Assembly: GCA_035514115.1 (NCBI GenBank)
Contig: DATKBI010000089.1
Coordinates: 1 to 26,569 of the forward strand
From: Planctomycetaceae bacterium
Lineage (GTDB): Bacteria; Planctomycetota; Planctomycetia; Planctomycetales; Planctomycetaceae
DNA length: 26,569 nucleotides
Reading direction: 5' to 3'
The first letter of the stretch is position 1; each line of letters begins with the position of its first letter. Position numbers and translations under genes: made by a program. The notes under the pieces are model-generated. The model was not told the origin of the DNA. It searched no databases and saw only the letters and a program-made list of their open reading frames with translations. Below are positions 8,058 to 15,553 of the stretch, one piece after another.

Positions 8058-8500
8058 GAGTACCGTCTCGCCCCCGCTGGTGTTTCGGCCTGCGGCCGGC
8101 CGTTCTGCTCCGGGTGGGCCGTAAAGTACGCTGCCACCTGCTGTCCGATCGCGGTTAATGCGCCGCGAATGACCATGCTGGACAGGAAGGTGAAGAGGGT
8201 GCCCGCCATCCCCTTTTTCGGCTCGGCTTCGGCCTTCGGTTTCACGACCAGCCGGTCCTGACGGGCCAGCCTGGCCAGTGTCGACGCGTCGGGACTGATC
8301 ACCTCCAGCCGCCGGGGCACCACGAGAAAACCCAGCGCCGCGGCGACCGCCAGGGACGCCCAGGGATAAGATCCCACGTAGTACCGCCAGTCCGTGACGG
8401 TCCGGGCGTTCTGAGCGATCTGCTCGGCCTCCTCGCCCAGACTGACGCGGACCTGCGCCATCTGGCGACGAAGCTGTTCGGCCTGATCGGTGTCTGTCAT
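8054..8500 (-). CDS. DUF3618-like membrane protein
   Basis: I trimmed the start to the ATG at 8500 (MTDTDQAEQLRRQMAQVRVSLGEEAEQIAQNARTV...). An N-terminal helical segment is followed by the TM helix YPWASLAVAAALGFLVV, which is the DUF3618 pattern. Confidence 0.55.
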   Translation of the reverse strand: MTDTDQAEQLRRQMAQVRVSLGEEAEQIAQNARTVTDWRYYVGSYPWASLAVAAALGFLVVPRRLEVISPDASTLARLARQDRLVVKPKAEAEPKKGMAGTLFTFLSSMVIRGALTAIGQQVAAYFTAHPEQNGRPQAETPAGARRYS

Positions 8501-8607
8501 GGTTTCCGGCTCGTCTGTGGTCGCTCCGACGGAGATCGCGACCGCCGCGTCCCGGGGGGCAAGTCCCGGCACGTGCACGCCGCCTCAGCCTGGCCTCCGC
8601 GACGCGG

Positions 8608-8919
8608 CTAGGACTTCAGGCGGGCCGGCAAAACGCCCTGCACCGCCTCCAGCACCTTGTCGCGAAGCCGCTCGGCCGTATCGACGCCCTGCTCGTACCA
8701 TCGCGTGCGGGCCGGCTGCGGCTCGGCAAGCAGCCAGCCGACCACCGCGCCGATTCCCAGCCCGACAAGGAATGCCGTTCCAAGCGTGGCCGCCGGCCGC
8801 TCCTCGACGGTGCCGCGAAACTGGTCGTAGCACCGGGCCATCAGGCCGCCTTCGTCTTCCATCGCTGCACCGAGCCGGTCGCCGTCCGGAACGCGTGTGC
8901 GAGTGCCCTCGTCGATCAT
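8608..8919 (-). CDS. hypothetical small membrane protein
   Basis: It is 103 aa with a central TM helix TLGTAFLVGLGIGAVVGWLLA. A strong AAGGAG site lies 7 nt upstream of the ATG. Confidence 0.55.
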   Translation of the reverse strand: MIDEGTRTRVPDGDRLGAAMEDEGGLMARCYDQFRGTVEERPAATLGTAFLVGLGIGAVVGWLLAEPQPARTRWYEQGVDTAERLRDKVLEAVQGVLPARLKS

Positions 8920-9006
8920 GGTTCTGCTCCTTAAGGCATGTGTTGCGCCGGTCGAATCGTCGCCCGCGGGCCGACGTGGACGCCGCGGGTCTGCCGCCCC
9001 GACTGC

Positions 9007-9426
9007 TCAGCTCCGACGCACGAGCATCCCGACCACCACGCCGGTAATCAGGCCCACTCCAAACGCGACCCCGACCGACTCGGCGGGATGGCGCCGCACC
9101 ACGTCTTCCGCCTGAACGTAGCCCTCGCGGACGCTCTCGGCCGCATGGGCGTACTGCTCGCGAGCCACGCTCGAGGCCCGCTGAACGTACTCGCGGGCAT
9201 TCTCGGCGACACGCTCCGCCGCCGACGCCGCCGTGGCCAGGAGATCTTCGAGCTCGTCTTCGATGTGCTCGCGCGAGGCGCCGGTCTTCTGTTGAATCAG
9301 GCCGATCAACTGGTCGGTATCGCCTTCGGCCTGCGACAGCTCATTGTCGGTCAACAGGCCCCAGCGCTCCTTGATCTTGCCTTTGAGTTCGTTCCATCTG
9401 CCTTCCAGAATCTGCCGATTGACCAT
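9007..9426 (-). CDS. CsbD-like general stress protein fused to a DUF883/ElaB-like C-terminal membrane anchor
   Basis: I trimmed the start to the ATG at 9426, which has a GGAGAGG site. The N-terminus MVNRQILEGRWNELKGKIKERWGLLTDNELSQAEGDTDQLIGLIQQKTG is a CsbD signature. The C-terminus HPAESVGVAFGVGLITGVVVGMLVRRS is a DUF883 tail. Confidence 0.75.
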   Translation of the reverse strand: MVNRQILEGRWNELKGKIKERWGLLTDNELSQAEGDTDQLIGLIQQKTGASREHIEDELEDLLATAASAAERVAENAREYVQRASSVAREQYAHAAESVREGYVQAEDVVRRHPAESVGVAFGVGLITGVVVGMLVRRS

Positions 9427-9730
9427 GTCTCCGCCTCTCCTTTCGAGTTTCGCCGCGAGGGTGTCACACGCCTCCGGCCGCGCTGGAGCGGCCCGGAGGT
9501 GCTGGGTTACGGTTCGCAAATGCCGCGCCGCTGCCCGCGACCGCCAGAAATACAGCCAAAGCCACGCGGTTTGCCTGCGGTGGTCCCTGCAAATCTCCCT
9601 GGCAGGCCGTGACGGCCTTCGCCGCAGCTCACAAGCGGTTGGTCGCGTCGAATCCAATTTGCGTTTCGTTGGACCAGCGCAATCTCCCTGCCCCGCGCCA
9701 ACGGCCTGTTTGGAGTCCTGCCGAGACGCT

Positions 9731-9746
9731 TGGCACAGACTGTGCT
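9731..9746 (+). promoter_or_regulatory. candidate sigma54 (-24/-12) promoter, TGGCAC-N5-GTGCT
   Basis: The sequence TGGCACAGACTGTGCT has the GG and GC dinucleotides at consensus spacing (compare TGGCACG-N4-TTGCW). It sits about 62 nt upstream of the DUF3309 start. Confidence 0.3.
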
Positions 9747-9807
9747 CCCCGCCACAGCGGACACACTGCCCGCCGTTCAGAAAAACTGACATCCCAGGGA
9801 GACACCG

Positions 9808-9963
9808 ATGCTCGAAATCCTGCTGCTGGTGGTACTGGTGCTGTTGCTGCTCGGCGCCCTTCCGACGTGGGGCTACAGTCGAAGCTGGGGGTACGGACCC
9901 AGCGGACTTCTAGGCCTGATTCTGGTCGTGGTCCTCGTTCTGGTGCTGATCCGCGCGATCTGA
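9808..9963 (+). CDS. DUF3309 family small membrane protein
   Basis: My own translation is MLEILLLVVLVLLLLGALPTWGYSRSWGYGPSGLLGLILVVVLVLVLIRAI, which matches the DUF3309 pattern GALP.WpySR.WGYgPsGglG. A GGGAGA ribosome-binding site is present. Confidence 0.7.
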   Translation: MLEILLLVVLVLLLLGALPTWGYSRSWGYGPSGLLGLILVVVLVLVLIRAI

Positions 9964-10088
9964 TCCCGGCCGCGAGCCGAAACCATAGGCAATTCGCGGC
10001 GGGGAGAGTCGGAAGATCCCTGACGTCGGTTTGCCCCCCTGACCGGAGGCACGGCGATCGGGCGGGACGTCGCAGGGGAGCGCTGGCA

Positions 10089-10592
10089 ATGGACTACTAC
10101 ATCCTCGCGCGGAAAGGTGGATTGGCCTGTGAGACGGTCACGTTCCTGGCCGGCCAGGGATTCGACGAGCGGACGGCCGCCGTCTTCACGTCACGCGATC
10201 GGGCGCAGCGGTTTGCCGCAGGCTGGTCGGAGACCGACGAGGTGTGCCGGCTCAACGAGATCGATCTGGCCGGCTGGCTGATCGACCTTTACCGTCGCGG
10301 CGTGCAGCGGGTTGCGGTCGATCCCGAGCGAGACCCCGCCCGGTCCGGTTCGCGGCCGACGCACTCGCTGTGTTTGCTGCTGGCCGATCTCGCCGGCAGC
10401 CTGAATGACCGGCTCCGGGGCGCGACGGCCGCGGCCCCGCGGGGGCCGGACCGGATCGTGCTTTACCGTTGCGCCCAGTGCGGAACCGTTCGGCGGCAAT
10501 TGGCCCACCAGCGTTCGCCGGTCTGCTGCGGCGCCGAAATGCAGAGATCCCCGAGGCTCGTCAGGACTCACGGTGAAGGGAAACGCGGTTGA
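10089..10592 (+). CDS. hypothetical protein with a C-terminal Cys-rich, zinc-ribbon-like motif
   Basis: It starts at MDYYILARKGG after a GGGGAG site. The C-terminal motif is CAQCG...CCGAEM. The upstream part of the track ORF 9609-10592 is low-complexity and overlaps the DUF3309 gene. Confidence 0.5.
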   Translation: MDYYILARKGGLACETVTFLAGQGFDERTAAVFTSRDRAQRFAAGWSETDEVCRLNEIDLAGWLIDLYRRGVQRVAVDPERDPARSGSRPTHSLCLLLADLAGSLNDRLRGATAAAPRGPDRIVLYRCAQCGTVRRQLAHQRSPVCCGAEMQRSPRLVRTHGEGKRG

Positions 10593-10623
10593 CCTCTCGG
10601 GGGGCATGACGAAAAGATACGAA

Positions 10624-10649
10624 TAAGCGCAGGTCATAAGCGCAGGTCA
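10624..10649. repeat. tandem direct repeat 2 x TAAGCGCAGGTCA in the histidine kinase upstream region
   Basis: Two exact 13-nt units sit head to tail. Each contains an AGGTCA hexamer, 13 nt centre to centre. Confidence 0.6.
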
Positions 10650-10718
10650 CCGGCTGGGCACCGCAGCCGCCCGGTTCATGGCCACCCCATCCGCCGCTGC
10701 GCGGGCACGTGCCGCGAT

Positions 10719-13538
10719 ATGAGAGCATTTCCGCCAGCCCTCCCCGGATTCACGCTCGCCGATGATGCGGAGTGTGTCCTCGACTCGGTCCGGGATGCGC
10801 TGCTCGTGCTCGACCGCGAGCTGCGGATCGTCTGGGCCAACCGCTCCTTCTACCGCACGTTTCCGACCACGCCCGAACAGACGCTCGGGCAGTACCTGTA
10901 CGAATTCCGCGACGGCGAATGGAACATTCCCCGGCTGCGGACGCTGCTGGAGAACGTGCTTCCTCGCGACGCGGAGTTCGAGGACTTCGAAGTCGACCAG
11001 AACTTCCGCGACGTCGGCAGCCGCACGATGCTCTTGAACGCCCGCTGCCTGCGAGCCGCGGCCGCCGCCTGCCCCGCCGGCCCGGCGCCCGACTGCCAGT
11101 TCGTGCTGCTGGTCATCAACGACATCAGCGAGCGCCGTCGCAGCGAGGTGCAGAAGGCCCGGCTGGCGGCGCTCGTGGAGAGTTCGCCCGACGCGATCAT
11201 CATCCAGACGCTGGCCGGCACGATCACCGACTGGAATTCCGGCGCCGAGCGGGCCTACGGCTACACGGCCAACGAGGCGGTCGGGCAGCACATCTCGCTG
11301 ATCATGCCCGACGGACGCGAGGCCGAGTGCGCCGACATCCGCGCGCGGCTCGCCCAGGGCGAGCGGCTGGAGCAGTTCGAGACCGTCCGCGTCCGCAAGG
11401 ACGGCCGCCACGTGCACGCCTCGCTGACGATCTCGCCCATCCGCAATTCGCTGGCCGAGATCACGCGGATTGCCACGATTGAACGGGACGTCACCCGCCG
11501 CATCCAGATCGAAGACGAGCTCCGCGTCGCCATGGAGCGCGCCGAAGCCGGGAGCCGCGCGCAGGCCGAGTTCCTGACCAACGTCAGCCACGAGCTCCGC
11601 ACGCCGATGAACGCCATCATCGGGATGACCGACCTGGCCCTCGACGAGGATCTGTCCGCCGAAGTCCGCGACTATCTGGAAACGGCCCGCGGCTCGGCCG
11701 AGGTGCTCCTGGAGCTGCTCAACGAGGTGCTCGACTTTTCCAAGCTCGAGTCGGGCGAGTTCGAGCTGGATGCCGAGCTGTTCAGCCTCAGCGAGCTGCT
11801 CGAAGCCACCCTCAAGGCCCTGGCCCTCAAGGCCTACGAGAAGGGCCTGGAGCTGGCCTGCGACCTGGCCCCGGGCATTCCCGACCGGCTGATCGGCGAC
11901 CCCTTGCGGCTGCGGCAGATCGTGACCAACCTGGCCGGCAACGCGATCAAGTTCACGCACCAGGGCGAGATTCTCATCAGCGTCGAGCCGATGGCCCTGC
12001 TCGAGGAGGAGATTCGCCTCAAGTTCTCCGTCCGCGACAGCGGGATCGGCATTCCCAAGGAGGACCAGCAGCGCGTGTTCCAGCCGTTCACGCAGGTCGA
12101 CTCCTCGATCACGCGGAACTACTCCGGGACCGGACTGGGACTGGCGATCTCGACGCAGCTCATCAACCGCATGGGCGGGCGGATCTGGCTCGACAGCGAA
12201 GTCGGCCAGGGCAGCACGTTCCACTTCACGGCCCAGTTCGGGTTGACCGCCGACGCCCCGCAGTCCGACGCGGCGCTCGCCGCGGAGCACGTCGAGGACC
12301 TCCGCGGGCTGCCGGTCCTGGTCGTGGACGACAACGAGACCAGCCGCCGCATCGTCGAACGCTGCCTGAGCAACTGGTCGATGGAGCCGGTCGCCGTCGC
12401 CGATGGCCGGACCGCGCTGGAAGCCATGCGCGACGCGGCCCGCAGCGGCCGCCGCTTTCCGCTGGTCATTCTCGACGCCTTGATGCCCGAGATGGACGGC
12501 TTTATGCTCGCCGACCAGATCCGCCAGGATCCGGCGCTCGCCGAAGCCACGATCCTCATGCTCTCCTCGGCCGATCGCCAGGCCTTCCGCGAGCGCTGCC
12601 GGGACCTGCCGATCCGGGCCTTTCTCGAAAAACCCGTCACGCAGTCGGACCTGCTCGACTCGATCGTGACCGCGCTGGGGGGGGCCCTGCCAGAGGAGCC
12701 GCGGCGCGAGAGCGACCGCGACGAGTTTCCGCGCGGGGAGCCGCTGTCACTGCTGGTCGTCGAAGACACGCCCGCCAACCAGAAGGTCGTCGTGCGGATG
12801 CTCGAGCGCCGCGGCCATGCCGTGCAGGTCGCCCACAACGGACGCGAGGCGATCGACCTGCTCTCGCAGTGCGAGTTCGACCTGGTGCTGATGGACGTCC
12901 AGATGCCCATCATGGACGGCTTCCAGGCGACGGCGGCCATCCGCGCGATGCGCGACGAGCAGTTCCGAAACGTCCCGATCGTTGCCATGACCGCCCACGC
13001 CATGAAGGGCGACCGCGAACGCTGCCTGGCCGCCGGCATGGACGCCTACATCGCCAAGCCGATCAACGCCCGGCGGCTGATCCGGATCGTCGAACGGCTC
13101 GCCGCCGGCAGCCGCTTCACTCTGGCCGCGGCCGGCGATTCGATGACCTGGGATTCCGAGACGCCGCTCCCTCTGAACTCTCGCCCGCCCGGCGAGGCCC
13201 CGCCCATCGACGTGGCGAAGGCCCTGAAGCGGCTCGATGGCGACCGGAATCTGCTGACGGACATGGCCGGGTTCTTCAACGAAGATGCCCCGGAGCTGCT
13301 GCGGAAGATCGAACTCTCTCTGGAGCGGGGCGACGCGCAGTGCGTGCAGCGCTCGGCCCACAGCCTCAAGGGCCTCGCCGCCAACTTCAACGCCGACCGG
13401 GCCGTCGCCGCCGCCTTCGACCTCGAACAGCTCGGCGAATCCGGCGACCTGTCGCACGCCGTCGTGATGTACCGCCGTCTGCGCCGCGAGGTGCAGCGCG
13501 TGATCGGCGCGCTGGAGCAGCTCGTCGCGCAGCCCTGA
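10719..13538 (+). CDS. PAS-domain hybrid sensor histidine kinase with two receiver domains and a C-terminal Hpt domain
   Basis: It has two PAS/PAC regions. HisKA is FLTNVSHELRTPMNAIIGMTDL. HATPase_c shows LRQIVTNLAGNAIKFT, DSGIGI and GTGLGLAIS. REC1 is LVVDDNETSRR...ILDALMPEMDG. REC2 is LLVVEDTPANQ...DLVLMDVQMPIMDG...AKPI. Hpt is HSLKGLAANFNA. Confidence 0.9.
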   Translation: MRAFPPALPGFTLADDAECVLDSVRDALLVLDRELRIVWANRSFYRTFPTTPEQTLGQYLYEFRDGEWNIPRLRTLLENVLPRDAEFEDFEVDQNFRDVGSRTMLLNARCLRAAAAACPAGPAPDCQFVLLVINDISERRRSEVQKARLAALVESSPDAIIIQTLAGTITDWNSGAERAYGYTANEAVGQHISLIMPDGREAECADIRARLAQGERLEQFETVRVRKDGRHVHASLTISPIRNSLAEITRIATIERDVTRRIQIEDELRVAMERAEAGSRAQAEFLTNVSHELRTPMNAIIGMTDLALDEDLSAEVRDYLETARGSAEVLLELLNEVLDFSKLESGEFELDAELFSLSELLEATLKALALKAYEKGLELACDLAPGIPDRLIGDPLRLRQIVTNLAGNAIKFTHQGEILISVEPMALLEEEIRLKFSVRDSGIGIPKEDQQRVFQPFTQVDSSITRNYSGTGLGLAISTQLINRMGGRIWLDSEVGQGSTFHFTAQFGLTADAPQSDAALAAEHVEDLRGLPVLVVDDNETSRRIVERCLSNWSMEPVAVADGRTALEAMRDAARSGRRFPLVILDALMPEMDGFMLADQIRQDPALAEATILMLSSADRQAFRERCRDLPIRAFLEKPVTQSDLLDSIVTALGGALPEEPRRESDRDEFPRGEPLSLLVVEDTPANQKVVVRMLERRGHAVQVAHNGREAIDLLSQCEFDLVLMDVQMPIMDGFQATAAIRAMRDEQFRNVPIVAMTAHAMKGDRERCLAAGMDAYIAKPINARRLIRIVERLAAGSRFTLAAAGDSMTWDSETPLPLNSRPPGEAPPIDVAKALKRLDGDRNLLTDMAGFFNEDAPELLRKIELSLERGDAQCVQRSAHSLKGLAANFNADRAVAAAFDLEQLGESGDLSHAVVMYRRLRREVQRVIGALEQLVAQP

Positions 13539-13570
13539 ACCCTCGTAGGCTGGGCGGTGCCCACCACCCT

Positions 13571-14344
13571 TCACCGCGATCCGTCCTCCCGAATCCGCAC
13601 GTTCCTGAAGTGCACCTCGTGCCCTTCCGACTGAAAGCCGACGTGGCCCTGCCTGAGTTCACACGGCAGCGTCCCGGCGATCTTCACGCCGTTCAGGAAC
13701 GTCGCCAGCGCCCCGCCCCGCGAGACGATCCTGATCTCGTTCCACTCGCCGACCGGCCGGCGGGCGAGCTGCCGCATCGGCTCGTCGTCCCGGATCACGG
13801 CGACCTTCAGATCGGGCGCGTTGGATTTGATCCCGGCCATCTCATCGTGCCGGCCCTGCACTTCCGGAGACCGCGGCCAGATGCGGTGCTCGTCGGGCAC
13901 GTACACCAGGACGCCGGTGTTCCGCCCATCGAGCTCGGCCTCTTCGGTCACGGCCTCAGGCCGGACGAAGCGATACTCGAACACCAGCGTGAAGTCGCCA
14001 TACCGCCGCTTCGTGAACAGGTATCCCCGCGGGCTCCCGGTCGTGGTGAACATCCCCGGCTGCCCGCTGGACCAGGAGTCGATCGCCTCCTGGGGAAACG
14101 CGGCACAGTCAGCCAGCCGGACCGGCCGGAATCCAGCCTCGCCCGCGGCCGCCCCCGCGGCCGCCGACTCCGCGTCGCCTCGCCCGGCGTCCGCCCGTCC
14201 GTTCGCGTCGGGGCGTGCCGCGTCGGGGCGTGGCGCGCTCGAAGGCCGTTCGGCCGTTCCACACCCGGCCATGACAGCGGCCAGCGCCAGGCTCAAGGCC
14301 GCTCGCCGGGACCGCACGCGAGACAATGTGCCACTTGTTCCCAT
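13571..14344 (-). CDS. DUF1080 (3-keto-disaccharide hydrolase-like, LamG-fold) secreted lipoprotein
   Basis: It has an RR-containing signal with a lipobox LALAAVMAGC. The C-terminal motif is GHVGFQSEGHEVHFRNVRIRE. An alternative GTG start lies two codons upstream, at 14350. Confidence 0.75.
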   Translation of the reverse strand: MGTSGTLSRVRSRRAALSLALAAVMAGCGTAERPSSAPRPDAARPDANGRADAGRGDAESAAAGAAAGEAGFRPVRLADCAAFPQEAIDSWSSGQPGMFTTTGSPRGYLFTKRRYGDFTLVFEYRFVRPEAVTEEAELDGRNTGVLVYVPDEHRIWPRSPEVQGRHDEMAGIKSNAPDLKVAVIRDDEPMRQLARRPVGEWNEIRIVSRGGALATFLNGVKIAGTLPCELRQGHVGFQSEGHEVHFRNVRIREDGSR

Positions 14345-14369
14345 CACCACGACCAGTCCGATGAGCCAG

Positions 14370-14442
<73 letters not shown>

Positions 14443-14550
14443 GAAAACGCCGTGTCTTGAGCCCGGTCCCGCCAGTCTACCTGATCGAAGTCCCCCCGGA
14501 AACCGTCGATCATCACCAGCAGTCCCGAGCGTCAACTCGCCGAATCGGCC

Positions 14551-14556
14551 TATAAT
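14551..14556 (+). promoter_or_regulatory. perfect TATAAT -10 hexamer upstream of proC
   Basis: TATAAT lies about 60 nt upstream of the proC ATG, which is conspicuous in 70% GC DNA. I found no convincing -35. Confidence 0.25.
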
Positions 14557-14615
14557 GACGGGGCCACCGCGCCCGTTCGTAGTTGCATTCTGACGAATCC
14601 CGCTGGAGCCAGCCA

Positions 14616-15446
14616 ATGGCCAACGAACACGCCAACCGTCCACGCGTCGGTTTCATCGGCGCCGGCCGCATGGCGACGGCGCTCGCCCGCGGACTGGTGA
14701 CGTCCGGTTTCGCCGGCGCTGATTCGATCGTCGCCTGTGACGTCGATCCCGACGCCCGGCGGCGGTTCGCCGACGGCACGGGCGCCGAATCCGTCGCGTC
14801 CCCCGACGACGTCTGGAGCCGCTCCGACGTGGTCATTCTCGCCGTCAAGCCGCAGCAGATGCGCGACGTGCTCGCCGACGCAAAGCCGCACCACGCGCCG
14901 CGGCACCTGGTCGTGTCGATCGCCGCTGGAGTCCCGCTGGAAGCGATGACGGCGGCGCTCGGACCGGATGCGCGGCTGGTGCGGGTGATGCCGAATACGC
15001 CGTGCCTCGTCGGCGCCGGGGCCGCGGCGTTCGCCCTGGGCGGATCGGCCACGGCGGACGACGGCGAACTCGTCGCGCGGCTGTTCTCCACGGTGGGGAT
15101 CGCCGTCCCGTTGCCCGAAAAGCTCCTCGACGCCGTCACCGGCCTCTCGGGCAGCGGCCCGGCGTTCGTCTACGAGATGATCGAAGCCCTGAGCGACGGC
15201 GGCGTGCGCGTCGGCCTGCCCCGTGACGTGGCCGTCCAGCTCGCGGCCCAGACGGTCCTCGGTGCGGCCCGGATGGTGCTCGAGACCGGCGAACACCCCG
15301 CGGTGCTCAAAGACGCAGTTGCCAGCCCCGCCGGCACGACGATCGCCGGCCTCCACGTCCTGGAACAGGGCGGCCTGCGGGGCCTGCTGATGAACGCCGT
15401 CCTGGCGGCTACGGAACGCTCGGCAGAACTCGGCCGGTCTTCATAA
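14616..15446 (+). CDS. proC: pyrroline-5-carboxylate reductase
   Basis: The Rossmann N-terminus is RVGFIGAGRMATALARGL. The ProC core shows VKPQQMRDVL, RVMPNTPCLVGAGA, SGSGPAFV and SPAGTTIAGL. Confidence 0.9.
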   Translation: MANEHANRPRVGFIGAGRMATALARGLVTSGFAGADSIVACDVDPDARRRFADGTGAESVASPDDVWSRSDVVILAVKPQQMRDVLADAKPHHAPRHLVVSIAAGVPLEAMTAALGPDARLVRVMPNTPCLVGAGAAAFALGGSATADDGELVARLFSTVGIAVPLPEKLLDAVTGLSGSGPAFVYEMIEALSDGGVRVGLPRDVAVQLAAQTVLGAARMVLETGEHPAVLKDAVASPAGTTIAGLHVLEQGGLRGLLMNAVLAATERSAELGRSS

Positions 15447-15553
15447 TCGGATCTTTCGTCACGCGACGTTTGACTGCCGGTGGGCATGACCTACGCTTGC
15501 GCACAAAAACCCCGTCACGCGGGCCGTGATTTCGGGACTGGAGCCCAGAGTGC

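Noticed and set aside
9344-10088. ORF 9344-9913 (+) and the N-terminal extension of ORF 9609-10592 (+)
   Set aside because: Both overlap the well-supported DUF3309 gene in other frames and the CsbD-DUF883 gene on the opposite strand. I kept only the 10089-10592 portion, which has a ribosome-binding site.
10647-13039. Long minus-strand ORFs (10647-12290 and 12119-13039) inside the histidine kinase gene
   Set aside because: The plus-strand frame carries the full HisKA / HATPase / REC / REC / Hpt motif set. The minus-strand frames are stop-free only because of GC bias.
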